From: Octopus sinensis | Lineage: Eukaryota | NCBI RefSeq assembly: GCF_006345805.1 | Contig: NC_043001.1 | Coordinates: 122,326,001-122,390,000 of the forward strand | Length of the DNA: 64,000 nucleotides | Reading direction: 5' to 3' | Part shown: positions 1 through 12,900 of the stretch, piece by piece | How the letters are laid out: each line of letters begins with the position of its first letter | Position numbering within the stretch: position 1 is the stretch's first letter | The notes under the pieces: model-generated | What the model was told of the DNA's origin: nothing | What the model saw: only the letters and a program-made list of their open reading frames with translations | Databases searched by the model: none | Translations under genes and position numbers: made by a program

Positions 1-205
1 GATGCCCCCTCACTACTCCTGCTTGTGACCTGAGACACACATATCGTCAGCCACTAAGGGACATGCTCAAATAGTTACGGTCAAGTTTTATTGAATCGTG
101 TAATTGTTGCAGCCTATATTTCACACCAAGACAAAACATATAAGTGGTAACACTTCCAATCGGTTAGGATCAGAAGGCATGAGAGCCACTGCCTGGTACT
201 GTATC
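1..205 (-). mobile_element. Partial copy of the ~550-bp (AAT)n-tailed SINE-like retroposon
   Basis: Similar to part of 30865-31416 and 31521-32076 (cactaagggacatgctcaa ... gagagccactgcctggtactg). Confidence 0.7.
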
Positions 206-214
206 ATTATCAAC

Positions 215-278
<64 letters not shown>

Positions 279-281
<3 letters not shown>

Positions 282-2671
282 TAGTTTTATTTTTATAGCG
301 TGCTTTCACTTCACTACCGAGCGCAGCTCTGTGTGCCTTAGGTATGTGCTGTGATTTGTTGTGATGCTCTGATGGTTATTGTATGGAAAGTGTTCTGCGT
401 AGGATGTGTGCAGTGCCTAGTAGTGCAATTTTCTGTATGTTATATGTGTTTGTAAGTCCTGGTGGTTTTGTTATGTATTTGTCTGAATATTTTTTTATCA
501 TGCCTAATGCACCTCTATTCTACTGGTTACCTCTATTTCCAGGTCTTTGTATTTTGAAAGTTTCTCCATTTCTTTTAGAGACACGTTGTCATCTGCTGGT
601 ATTGATACATCAATTAGAAAGCATTTTTTTCTTCATGATCTCTGACAACAATATCTGGTCTGTTGGCTTTAATTTCTCTATCTGTGTGTATCGGCATATC
701 CCAGAGTATGGTTGCTTTCTCGTTTTCTGTGACCTTTTCTGGCGTGTGCCTATACCATCTTTTTTCTGTTGTTATTCCATAATGTTGGCATAGCTTCCAG
801 TGTATGTGGGTCCCAACTCTATCGTGTCTGTGAATATATTCCTTCTTAGCCAGGACTGGGCAGCCAGAGATAATATGATTTATTGTTTCTTGTCCATCTC
901 CACATAATCTGCAGTTACTTGTTATATTTCTTTTCATTACATGTTTTTGGTAATTTCTGGTGGGGAGGCTTTGGTCTTGTGCTGCAATTAAAAATCCCTC
1001 TGTCTCTGTTTTGAGTCCTGAGCTTCTCAACCATTGCTGGGATTTTTCTTTGTCTATTTCTTTTGCGTTTAGTTTAGTCCGGTATTTACCATGAAGGGGC
1101 TTTTCTTGCCATCGTTTTATCATGGTTCGTTGCTGTTCTATTTTTAGTTTGGATTTCATTTGTTTTATAGCTTTTTTTATTTCTTCTTCTTCTTCTTCTT
1201 CTTCTTCTTCTTCTTCTTCTTCTTCTTCTTCTTCTTCTTCTTCTTCTTCTTCTTCTTTTCCTTCAAATTTATTAGGTGGTATGATTTCTTGTTTGTATTT
1301 GTCAGCTTCCTTAAATACTGAGAACAGTTTTTTGTTTTGCTCGTGTTTTGCCGCTATTTGTATCAGTTTTCCTTCCTTCTGAAGTAGATATTTTTGCAGT
1401 CCTATGGTGGTTATTTTATAGTAGTTTTCCAGCTGCATAATGCCTCTACCACCTTCTATACGCTGTATATATAGTTTTTCTATGTCAGATTTTGGGTGAT
1501 GCATCCTAGATCCTGTCATTATTTTTCTTGTTTTCCTATCTATTTTGGTCAGTTCATTTAGTGTCCAGTTAAGGATATTGTAGCTGTAACTTATAACTGG
1601 GACAGCTAAAGTGTTAATACCTATTATCTTGTTTTTAGCATTGAGGTCTGTTTTTAGTATTGATCTAACTCGTCTCTAATATTCTTTTTTTATTTTCTCT
1701 TTCATTTGTGTGTGTTGTGTCTTATCTAGTTCATGGATTCCTAAGTATTTGTAAGTTTGGCATTGGTCTAATTCTTTTATTTCATTGGTTTTATCTAGTG
1801 TGATGTTGCTACTCTTAACTAGTTTTCCTCTTTTCATGGTTACTTTGGCGCATTTTTCTAATCCAAATTTCATATCTATTTCTTTGGTAAATCCATGAAC
1901 TGTCTTTAATAGTATTTCCAGCTGTTTGTCATTTGTAGCGTATAGTTTTAGGTCATCCATATATAAAAGGTGGCTGATCGTTTTGCCGTAACATTTATAT
2001 CCGCATCCAGTTCTATTTAGCATATCAGATAGAGGTGACAGTGCCAAGCAGAAAAGGAGTGGAGAGAGCGTGTCTCCCTGGAATATTCCTCTTCTAATGG
2101 GGATGGCTTTGGTTTTCACGAGTCCCTCTTTTGTTTGGAGCTGTAGCACTGTTTGCCATTTACTCATAGAGTGCCCGATGAATTTTATAATTGTTGGTGC
2201 TACTTTGTTAATGGCTAGTGTTTCGAGGATCTATGTGTGGGGGATGCTATCAAACGCCTTTTTGTAGTCGATCCAGGCCATACTGAGGCCTTTCTTCTTT
2301 CTGTGGCTGTCTTCAGTTATGGCTTTATTAATCATTAGTTGATATTTACAGCCATATGAGCCTTTGCGGCATTCTTTCTGCTCTTCTGGAAATAGGTTGT
2401 TTTCGTCCAGGTGCTTGTTCAACCTTTGCGATATCACTGAAGTAAATGCCTTGTACATTGTAGGGAGACAGTTTGTAGTTTTCTGGTTTTGCTGTCTCAT
2501 TTGATTTGGGAATTAAGATGGTTTTCCCATTCGTAAGCCATTCAGGCATTGTCTCTGGCTCTGCTAGTATGTTGTTAAAGTTTTCAGCCAGCTTTTAGTG
2601 CATTCCTGTTAGATATTTCAACCAGAAGTTGGGGATTTTGTCATGCCCAGGTGCTTTCCAGTTGCTTAGTC
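279..2671 (-). mobile_element. 5'-truncated, degenerate non-LTR retrotransposon, R4/Dong-like (family A), RT + CCHC + restriction-like endonuclease
   Basis: Broken ORFs carry WIDYKKAFDSIPH, GIFQGDTLSPLLF, YMDDLKL, CRLCGDGQETINHIISGC and RPDIVVRD. Flanked by (TTA)n on both sides. Confidence 0.9.
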
Positions 2672-2722
<51 letters not shown>

Positions 2723-3019
2723 GCATCTTCTTTCAATTCTGTTTCCATTTCTTGCCGAGTGTCTTCCTGATACCCAGCGCAGAGAAACGTACTGTATACA
2801 TTGGTAGTCCATTAAAATAAACACTCCAGATTGTTCATTTACAGAGTCATGTGACAGAGAAAAAGGAGAAGACAGATAGAAAAACGAAAAAATCGAAAAA
2901 AAAATGTAAATAAATAAAATAAAGGGAAAAATGAAAAGAAAATTTACAGCGACAATGTTCTCAATACGTGTGACGTACCAGGTAAGAAGATTGCAAAGAT
3001 ATATCACTGTACAAGCACT

Positions 3020-3177
3020 TGAGAATGAATGAAACTGAAAATAGGTACATAAAGAAAAGAATGCATGGTCAATTTCATAGGGATGTTGAAGATAAAACAG
3101 ACAGAGAAAAAAGATGGCTATGGAAGTCTAAAAGTAATTTAAAACCGGAAACGGATGCTCTAATTTGTGCTTCCCAA
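3020..3177 (+). mobile_element. Left half of an R4/Dong-like LINE fragment (family C), interrupted by the array
   Basis: Translates KKRMHGQFHRDVEDKTDREKRWLWKSKSNLKPETDALICASQ, homologous to KPLHGKY..KSQQWLRSSGLKAETEGFLIAAQ in 18353-19168. Confidence 0.8.
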
Positions 3178-3248
3178 AAATTCTTGGGTAAAATTTTCGG
3201 TGAACATTTTCCAAAAATCTTTGAGGAAAATTTCGGCAAAAATTTTCG

Positions 3249-3356
3249 AAAAACCATATAGCGAATATGCTCCATAAACTGAGGTCTATAAACGTCGACA
3301 TCGTAATAGTTGTTCAGTGTAAAGCAGAATCTAGTGTATCGTGGATGGTGAGGCAT
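3249..3356 (-). pseudogene. Representative repeated fragment resembling a CRESS-DNA virus Rep N-terminus (36 codons, RCR motif I CFTLNNY)
   Basis: MPHHPRYTRFCFTLNNYYDVDVYRPQFMEHIRYMVF. Motif I plus the following beta-strand (YMVF) match the circovirus/nanovirus-type Rep N-terminal layout; motifs II/III and the helicase are absent. Confidence 0.6.
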
Positions 3357-6300
3357 CTTGACTGTAGTAGTAAACCAGAATTCACTCTATATATACACAG
3401 AAAGCAGCAGCAGCCAACTAAATATCTATTTTTAGCCATAACGTATATCTATTTTTAGCTCGGGGAAAATTTTCGAAAAATTTTTGAGGAAAATTTTCGG
3501 TGAAAATTTTCGAAAGATTTTGGGTGAAAATTTTCGAAACACCATATAACGAATATGCTCCATATTCCGAAAAATTTTTGCGAAAATTTTCGAAAATGTT
3601 TTGGGGAAAATTTTAGGCAAAAATTTTCGAAAAAGTTTTGGGTAAAATTGTTAGTGAAAATTTTCGAAAAACCATAGGCTGAGGTTTATAAACGTCGACA
3701 TCGTCATAGTTGTTATGTGTAAATCAGAATCTGGTGTATTTTGGGTAAAATCTTCGGTGAAAATTTTCCAAAACTTATATACAGACAGAAAGCAGCAGAG
3801 GCACCTAAAAATCCTTTTTTAGACATAAAATAAATCTATTTTTAGCTCGGGGAAAATTCTCGAAAAACTTTTGGTGAAAATTATCTAAAAATTTTTGGGT
3901 AAAATTTTAGGTGAAGATTCTCGAAAAACCATATAACGAATATGCTCCATATGCTGAGGTCTATAAACGTCGACATCGTCATAGTTGTTAAGTGTAAAGC
4001 AGAATCTTTTGTATCTTGGGTGGTGAGGCATCTTGACTGTAGTAGTAAACCAGAAATCACTCTCTATATACACAGAAAGCAGCAGCAGCCACGTAAAAAT
4101 CTATTTTTAGCCATAACATAAATATATTTTTAGTTCGGGGAAAATTTTCCAAATATTTTAAAAACTTTCGAAAAACTTCATGAAAAATTTTACCCAAAAA
4201 TTTTCTAAAAACTTTTGGGTAAAATTTTCGGCGAACATCATCGAAAAATTTTTGGGGAAAATTTTCGGCAAAAATTTTCGAAAAATTTTCGGTGAAAATT
4301 TTTGAAAAATTTCTGGGTAGAACTTTCGAAAGATTTTTAGGGAAAATTTTCGGCAAAAATTTTCGAAAAATTTTTGGATAAAATTTTCGGTGAAAATTAT
4401 CGAAAAACCATATAACGAATATGCTCCATATGCTGAGGTCTATAAACGTCGACATCGTCATAGTTGTTAAGTGTATAGCGAAGCATTTTGACTGTAGTAG
4501 TATACCAAAAATCACTCTATATATACAAAGAAAGTAGCAGCAGCCACGTAAAAATCTATTTTTAGCCATAACATAAATCTATTTTTAGCTCGGGGAAAAT
4601 TTTCCAAATATTTTAAAAACTTTCGAAAAACTTCATGAAAAATTTTACCCAAAAATTTTCTAAAAATTTTTGGGTAAAATTTTCGGCGAACATCATCGAA
4701 AAATTTTTGGGGAAAATTTTCGGCAAAAATTTTTTTAAAATTTTGGTGAAAATTTTTGAAATATTTCTGGGTAGAAGTTTCGAAAGGTTTTTAGGGAAAA
4801 TTTTCGGCAAAAATTTTCGAAAAATTTTGGATAAAATTTTCGGTGAAAATTATCGAAAAACCATATAACGAATATGCTCCATATGCTGAGGTCTATAAAC
4901 GTCGACATCGTCATAGTTGTTAAGTGTAAAGCAGAATCTGTTGTATCGTGGATGGTGAAGCATTTTGACTGTAGTAGTATACCAAAAATCACTCTATATA
5001 TACAAAGAAAGCAGCAGCAGCCACCTATAAATCTATTTTTAGCCATGACATAAATCTATTTGCTCGGGGAAAATTGTCCAAATATTTAAAAAACTTTCGA
5101 AAAACTTTTCAGAAAATTGTCGGTGAAATTTTCGAAAAATTTTTGTTGAAAATTTTCGGTGAAAAGTTTCAAAAAAATTTTGGGGTAAAATTTTCGGTGA
5201 ACATCTCCGAAAAATTTTGGGGGAAAATTTTCGGCAAAAATTTTAGAAAAATTCTTGGTGAAAATTTTCGAAAAATTTCTGGGTAAAATTTTCGAAAGAT
5301 TTTTGGGGAAAATTTTCGGCAAAAATTTTCTAAAACTTTTGGATAAAATTTTAGATGAAAGTTTTCGAATAACCATATAAGGAATATTCTCCATATGCAT
5401 AGACGTCGACATCGTTATAGTTGTTAAGTGTAAAGCAGAATCTGGTGTATCGTGGATGGTGAGGCCTCTTGACTACAGTAGTAAACCAGAATTCACTCTA
5501 TATAAACACAGAACGCAGCAGCAGCAGCCACCTATAGATCTATTTTTAGCTAAAACATAAATCTATTTTTAACTCGGGGGAAATTTTCGAAAAATTTTTT
5601 GGTAAAATATTCGAAAGATTTTTGGTAAAAATTTTCCAAAAATTTTTGGTTAAAATTTTTGGTGAACATTTTCGAAAAATTTCTGAGGAAAATTTCGGCA
5701 AAAATTTCCGAAAAATTTTTGGGTAAAATATTCGTTAAAAATTTTCGAAAAACCATATGGCGAATATGGTCCATATGCTGAGGTCTATAAACGTCGACAT
5801 CGTCATAGTTGTTAAGTGTAAAGCAGAATCTGGTGTATCGTGGATGGTGAAAATTTCGTTGAAAATATTGGAAATTTTTGGTGAAAATTTTCAAAAATTT
5901 TTGGGTAAAATATTTGTTGAAACTTTTCGAAAGATTTTTGGTGAAAATTTTCGAAAAATTTTTAGCTAAAATTTTCGGTGATATATTTTTGCGAAAAATT
6001 TTTGGGTAAAACTTTCGGTGAAAATTCGGTGAAAATTTTCGGTAAAAACCGTATAGCGAATATGCTCCATATGCCGAGGTCTATAAACGTCGACATCGTA
6101 ATAGTTAAGTGTAAAGCAGAATCTGGTGTTTCGTGGATGGTGAGGTGTCTTGACTGTAGTAGTAAACCAGAATTCACTCTATATATATACAGAAAGCAGC
6201 AGCAGCCACCTAAATATTTATCTTTAGCCATAACTTACATCTATATTTTGCTCGGGGAAAATTTCCGAAAAATTTCTCTATAAAATTTTCGAAATATTTT

Positions 6301-6682
6301 TGGGTAAAATTTTCGGTGAAAACTTTCGAAACACCATATAACGAATATGCTCCATATGCCGAGGACTGTAAAAGTTGACATCGTGATAGTTGTTAAGTGT
6401 AAAGCAGAATCTACTGTATCGTGGAAGGTGAGGCATCTTGCCTGTCGTAGTAAAACAGAATTCACAGAAATATACACAGAAAGCAGCAGCAACAGCCACA
6501 TAAAAATCTATTTTTAGAAACAAGATAAAACTATTTTTAGCTCGTGAAAAATTTTCGAAAAATTGTTAAAATTATCGAAAAATATTTCGTTAAAATTTTT
6601 GGTTAAAGTTTCAAAAATTTTTGGGAATAATTTTCAGTGAAAACTTTGGAAAAATTTATGGTAAAAATTTTGGAAAAAACTC

Positions 6683-6960
6683 AAGGCCAGCGGTGCCAAA
6701 ATCACAAAGTATGGAAGGCTAGCGTTGCCAAAATCTTATAGTATGGAAGGCCATTGGTGCCAAAATCAAAAATTATGGAAGGCCAGTGGTGCCAAAATCA
6801 CAAAGTATGGAAGGCTAGCGTTGCCAAAATCTTATAGTATGGAAGGCCATTGGTGCCAAAATCAAAAATTATGGAAGGCCAGTGGTGCCAAAATCACAAA
6901 GTATGGAAGGCCAGCGGTGCCCATATCACTATGTATGGAAGGCCACGGGTGCCAAAATCG
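6683..6960. repeat. Block of 32-bp tandem repeats (AAGTATGGAAGGCCAGYGGTGCCAAAATCACA); further blocks at 8851-9098, 11071-11415, 13015-13260, 14525-14582, 16059-16152
   Basis: Directly visible tandem units; the three-unit periodicity gives the 32-aa repeating ORFs at 6725-6979, 8928-9176 and 11014-11472. Confidence 0.9.
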
Positions 6961-9900
6961 GGGAAAAATTTTGGGGTAAAATTTTCCGTGAAAATTTTGG
7001 AAGTTTCGAGTAAAATTTTCCGCAAAAATTTTCGGAAAATTTTTTGGGAAAATATCCGTCAAAATTTTCCAAAAATTTTTGGGGAAAATTTCCGTAAAAA
7101 TTTTCGAAAAATTTTTGCAAAAATTTTCCAAAAATTTTTGGGGAAATCTTAGGCAAAAATCTTCGAAAAATTTTTGGGTAATATTGTGGGTGAAAATTTT
7201 CGGAAAACCATATGGTGAGGTTTATAAACGTCGACATCGTCATAGTTGTTAAGTGTAAAGCAGAATCTGGTGTATTTTGGGTAAAATCTTCTGTGAAAAT
7301 TTTCCAAAACTTATATACAGACAGAAAGCAGCAGCAGCAGCCACCTAAAATTCTTGTTTTAGACATAAAATAAATCTATTTTTAGCTCGGGGAAAAGTAT
7401 TGAAAAACTTTTGTTGAAAATTATCTAAAAATTTTTGGGTAAAATTTTCGGTGAAAATTTTCGAAAAACCATATAACGAATATGCTAAGGTCTATAAAGG
7501 TCGACATCGTCATATTTGTTAAGTGTAAAGCAGAATCTGTTGTATCGTGGATGGTGAGGCATCTTGACTGTCGTAGTAAAACAGAATTCACTCTATATAT
7601 ACACAGAAAGCAGCAGCAACAGCCACATAAAAATCTATTTTTAGCCACAAGATAAAACTATTTTTATCTCGTGAAAAATTTTCGAAAAATTTTGAGGGAA
7701 ATATTAGGCAAAAATTTTCGAAAAATTCTTGGGTGAAAATTTTCGGAAAAACATATGCTGAGGTTTATAAACGTCGACATCGTTATAGTTGTGAAGTGTA
7801 AAACAAAATCTGGTGTATTTTGGGTAAAATCTTCGGTGAAAATTTTCGAAAACTTATATATAGACAGAAAGCAGCAGCAGCAGCCACCTAAAAATCTATT
7901 TTTTGCCCTAACATGAATCTATTTTTAGCTCGGGGAAAATTTTCCAAATATTTTAAAAACTTTTCAGGAAAAATTTCCGTGATAAATATTTTTGTTGAAA
8001 ATTTTTGTAAAATTTCTGGATAAAATTTTAGGTGAAAATTCTCGAAATATTTTTGTTGAAAATTTTCAAAAAAATTTTTGGGTAAAATTTTCGGTGAACA
8101 TCTTCGAAAAATTTTTGGGGAAAATTTTCGGCAAATAGTTTTGAAAAATTTTTGGTGTAATTTTCGAAAAATTTGTGTGAAAAATTTTCGAAAGATTTTT
8201 GGGAAAAATTTTTGGCAAAAATTATCGAAAAATTTTTGGATAAAATTTTCGGTGATAATTTTCGAATAACCATATAACGAATATGCTCTATATGCATAAA
8301 CGTCGACATCGTCATAGTTGTTAAGTGTAAAGCAGAATCTTGTGTATCGTGGATGGTGAGGCCTCTTGACTAGAGTAGTAAACCAGAATTCACTCTATAT
8401 AAACACAGAAAGCAGCAGCAGCAGCCACATAGAGTTCTATTTTTAGCCATAACATAAATCTATTTTTAACTCGGGGGAAATTTTCGAAAAATTTTAGGTG
8501 AAAATTTTCGGTGAAAATATTCGAAAATTTTTGGTGAAAATTTTCGAAAAATATTTGGGTAAAATATTCGTTGAAACATTTCGAAACATTTTTGGTGAAA
8601 ATTTTTGTGTAAAATTTTCGGTGCAAATTTTCGGAACACCATATAACGAATATGCTCCATATGCCGAGTTCTGTAATGAATATAGAAAGCAGCAGCAACA
8701 GCCACATAGAAATCTATTTTTAGCCACAAGATAAAAATATTTTTAGCTCGGCGAAAATTATCGAAAAATTGTTAAAATTTTCGAAAAATATTTGTTGAAA
8801 ATTTTCGGTTGAAGCTTTCCAAAAATTTTTGGGTAAAATTTTCAAAAAATCACAAGGCCAGCGGTGCCAAAATCTCCAAGTATGTAAAGCAAGTGTTGCC
8901 AAAATTTAAAAGTATGGAAGGCCAGCGGTGACAAAATCATATAGTACGGAAGGCCATTGGAGCCAAAATCAAAAAGTATGGAAGGCCAGTTGTGCCAAAA
9001 TCACAAAGTATGGAACCCAGCGGTATCAAAATCACAAAGTATGGAAGGCCAGCGGTGCCCATATTACAAAATATGGAAGGCCAGGGGTGCCAAAATCGCT
9101 GAAAAATTTTTGGGTTAAATTTTCCGTAAAAATTTCAAAAAATTTTTGGGTAAAATTTTCCGTGAAAATTTTCTGAAAATTTTTGGGAAAATTTCCGTCA
9201 AAATTTTTGCGAAAATTTTTTTTTAATTCTTGGGGAAAATTGTGGGCAAAAGTTTTTGAGAAATTTTTCGAGAAAATTTCGGTGAAAATTTTCGAAAAAT
9301 TTTTCGTTAAAATTTTCGTAAAAATTTTCGGTGAAAGTTTTGGAATAGCCATATAACGAATATGCTCCATATGCTGAGGTCTATAAACGTCGACATCTGG
9401 TGAAAATTTTCGAAATATTTTTGTTAAAAATTTCCGAAAAATTTCTGGTTAAAATTTTCGGTGAACATTTTCGAAAATTTTTCGGTGAAAAGTTTCGAAT
9501 AACCATATGAGGAATATGTTCGTGGATGGTGAGGCCTCTTGACTATAGTAGTAAACCAGAATTCACTCAATATATACACAGAAAGTGGCAGCAGCAGCCA
9601 CCTAAGGACCTATTTTTAGCCATAACAAATCTATTTTTAACACGGGAAAAATTTTCGAAAAATTTTTGGGTAAAATATTCGTTGTACATTTTCAAAAGAT
9701 TTTTTATGAAAATATTGGAAAAATTTTTGTTTCAAATTTTCGGTGAACATTTCCGAAATATTTTTGAGGAAAATTTCGGCAATAATTTCCGAAAAATTTT
9801 TGGGTAAAATTTTCGGATAAACATATGGCGAATATGCTTTATATGCTGAGGTCTATAAATTTTTCTTTAAAATTTTCGGTGAATATTTCCGAAAAAGTTT

Positions 9901-12900
9901 TGAGGAAAATTTCGGCAAAAATTTCCGAAAAAATTTTGGGTAAAATTTTCGGTGAAAATTTTCGAAAAAACACATGGCGAATATGCTCCATATGCTGAGG
10001 TCTATAAACGTCGACATCGTAATAGTTGTTAAGTGTAAAGCAGAATCTGGTGAAAATTTGTGAAATATTTTTGTTGAAAATTTTCGAAAAATTTCTGGTT
10101 AAAATTTTCGGTGAAAATTTTCGAAAAAATTTCGTTGAAAATTTTCGAATAACCATATGCATAAACGTCGACATCGTCATAGTTGTTAAGTGTAAAGCAG
10201 AATCTGGTGTATTTTGGATGGTGAGGCCTCTTGACTATAGTAGTAAACCAAAATCCACAGAAAGCAGCAGCAGCAGCCACTTAGAGATCTATTTTTATCC
10301 ATAATATAAATCTATTTTTAACTCGGGGGAAATTATCGAAAAATTTTTGGTGAGAATATTCGATAGATATTTGGTGAAAATTTTGCAAAAATTTTTGGTT
10401 AAAATTTTCGGTGAACATTTTCGAAAATTTCTGGGGAAAATTTCGGCAAAAATTTCCGACAAATTTTTGGGTAAAATTTTCGGTGAATATTTTCGAAAAA
10501 CCATATCGCGAATATGCTCCATATGCCGAGGTCTATAAACGTTGACATCGTCATAGTTTAAACCAGAATCTTGTGTATCGTGGGAGGTGAATATCTTGAC
10601 TGTCGCAGTAAACCACAATTCACTCTATATATACATAGAAAGTAACAGCAACAGCCACATAGAAAAATATTTTTAGCCACAAGTTAGAATTATTTTTAGC
10701 TCGGATAAAATTTTCGGTGAAAATTATCGAAAAACCATATAACGAATATGCTCCATATGCATAAGCGTCGACATCGTCATAGTTGTTAAGTGTAAAGCAG
10801 AATCTGTTGTATCGTGGATGGTGAGGCATCTTGACTGTAGTAGTAAACCAGAAATCACTCTATATATACACAGAAAGCAGCAGCAGCCACGTAAAATTCT
10901 ATTTTTAGCGATATCATAAATCTATTTATAGCTCGGGGAAAATTTTCCAAAAATTTTTAAAACTTTCGAAAAATATTTGGTGAAAATTTTCGGTTGAAGC
11001 TTTCCAAAAATATTTGGGTAAAATTTTCGGGAAAATTTTGGAACAATTTTTGGTGAAAATTTTCAAAAAATCACAAGGTCAGCGGTGCCGAAATGACCAA
11101 GTATGGAAAGCAAGTGTTGCCAAAATCTTAAAGTATGGAAGGCCAGCGGTGACAGAATCATATAGTACGGAAGGCCATTGGTGCCAAAATCAAAAAGTAT
11201 GGAAAGCCAGTGGTACCAAAATCACAAAGTATGGAAGGCCAGCTGTGACAAAATCATATAGTACGGAAGGCCATTGGTGCCAAAATCAAAAAGTATGGAA
11301 GGCCAGTGGTGCCAAAATCATAAAGTATGGAAGAACAACGGTATCAAAATCACAAAGTGTGGAAAGCCAGCGGTGCCCATATTACAAAATATGGAAGGCC
11401 AGGGGTGCCAAAATCGGTGAAAAATGTTTTCCGAAAAACTTTTGCGAAAATTTTCCAAAAATTTTTGGGTAAAATTTTTAGTGAACATTTTGAAAAATTT
11501 TTGGGGAAAATCTTAGCAAAAATTATTGGTGAAAATTTTCGAAATATTTTTGTTGAAAATTTTCGAAAAAATTCTGCTTAAAATTTTCGGTGAAAATTTT
11601 CGAAATATTTTGGGCAAAAATTTTCAAAGAATTTCTGGGTAAAATTTTCGAAAGATTTTTGGGGAAAATTTTTTCCAAAAATTTTCGAAAAATTTTTGGA
11701 TAAAATTTTCGGGGAAAATTTTAGAATAACCATATAACGAATATGCTCCATATGCATAAAAGTCGACATCGTCATAGTTGTTAAGTTTAAAGCAGAATCT
11801 GGTGTATCGTGGATGGTGAGGCCTCTTGACTATAGTAGTAAACCAGAATGCACTCTATATAAACACATAAAGCAGCAGCAGCAGCCACCTAAAGATCTAT
11901 TTTTAACTCGGAGGAAATTCTCCAAAAATTTTTGGTGAAAATATGCGAAAGATTTTTGGTGAAAATATTCGAAAAATTTTTGGGTAAAATATTCGTTGAA
12001 CATTTCCGAAAGATTTTTGATGAAAATTTTCGAAAAATTTCTGGTTAAAATTTTCGGTGAACATTTTCCAAAAATTTCTGAGGAAAATTTCGGCAAAAAT
12101 TTCCGAAAAATTTTTGGGTAAAGTTTTCGGTGAAAATTTTCGAAAGACCATATAACGAATATGCTCCATATGCCGAGGTCTATAAACGTTGACATCGTCA
12201 TAGTTGTTAAGTGTAAAGCAGAATCTGCTGTATCGTGTAAGGTGAGGCATCTTGAATATAGTCGTAAACCAGAATTCACTCTATAAAAAACTGAAAGCAG
12301 CAGCACAGCCAACTAAAGATCTATTTTTAGCCATAACTTACATCTATTTTTAGCTCGGGGAAAATTTTCGAAAAATCTTTGGGTAAAATATTCGTTGAAC
12401 ATTTTCGAAAGATTTTTGGTGAAAATTTCCTAAAAATTTTTGGGTAAAATTTTAGGTGAACTTTTTCGAGATATTTTTGAGGAAAATTTCGGCAAATATT
12501 TCCGAAAAATTTTTTGGTAAAATTTTCAGTGAAAATTTTCGAAAAACCATATAGCGAATATGCTCCATATGCTGAGGTCTATAAACGTCGACATCGTAAT
12601 AGTTAAGTGTAAAGCAGAATCTGGTGTATCGTGGATGGTGAGGTATCTTGACTGTAGTAGTAAACTAGAATTCACTATACATATATACAGAAAGCAGCAC
12701 CCGCCTAAATATCTATTTTTAGCCATAACTTACATCTATCTTTAGCTCGGGCAAAAGTTTCGAAAAATAAGTGTAAAGCAGAATCTGCTGTATCGTGGAT
12801 GGTGAGGCATCATGACTGTCGTAGTAAAACAGAATTCACTCTATATATACACAGAAAGCAGCCTCAACAACCACATAAAAATCTATTTTTAGCCACAAGA

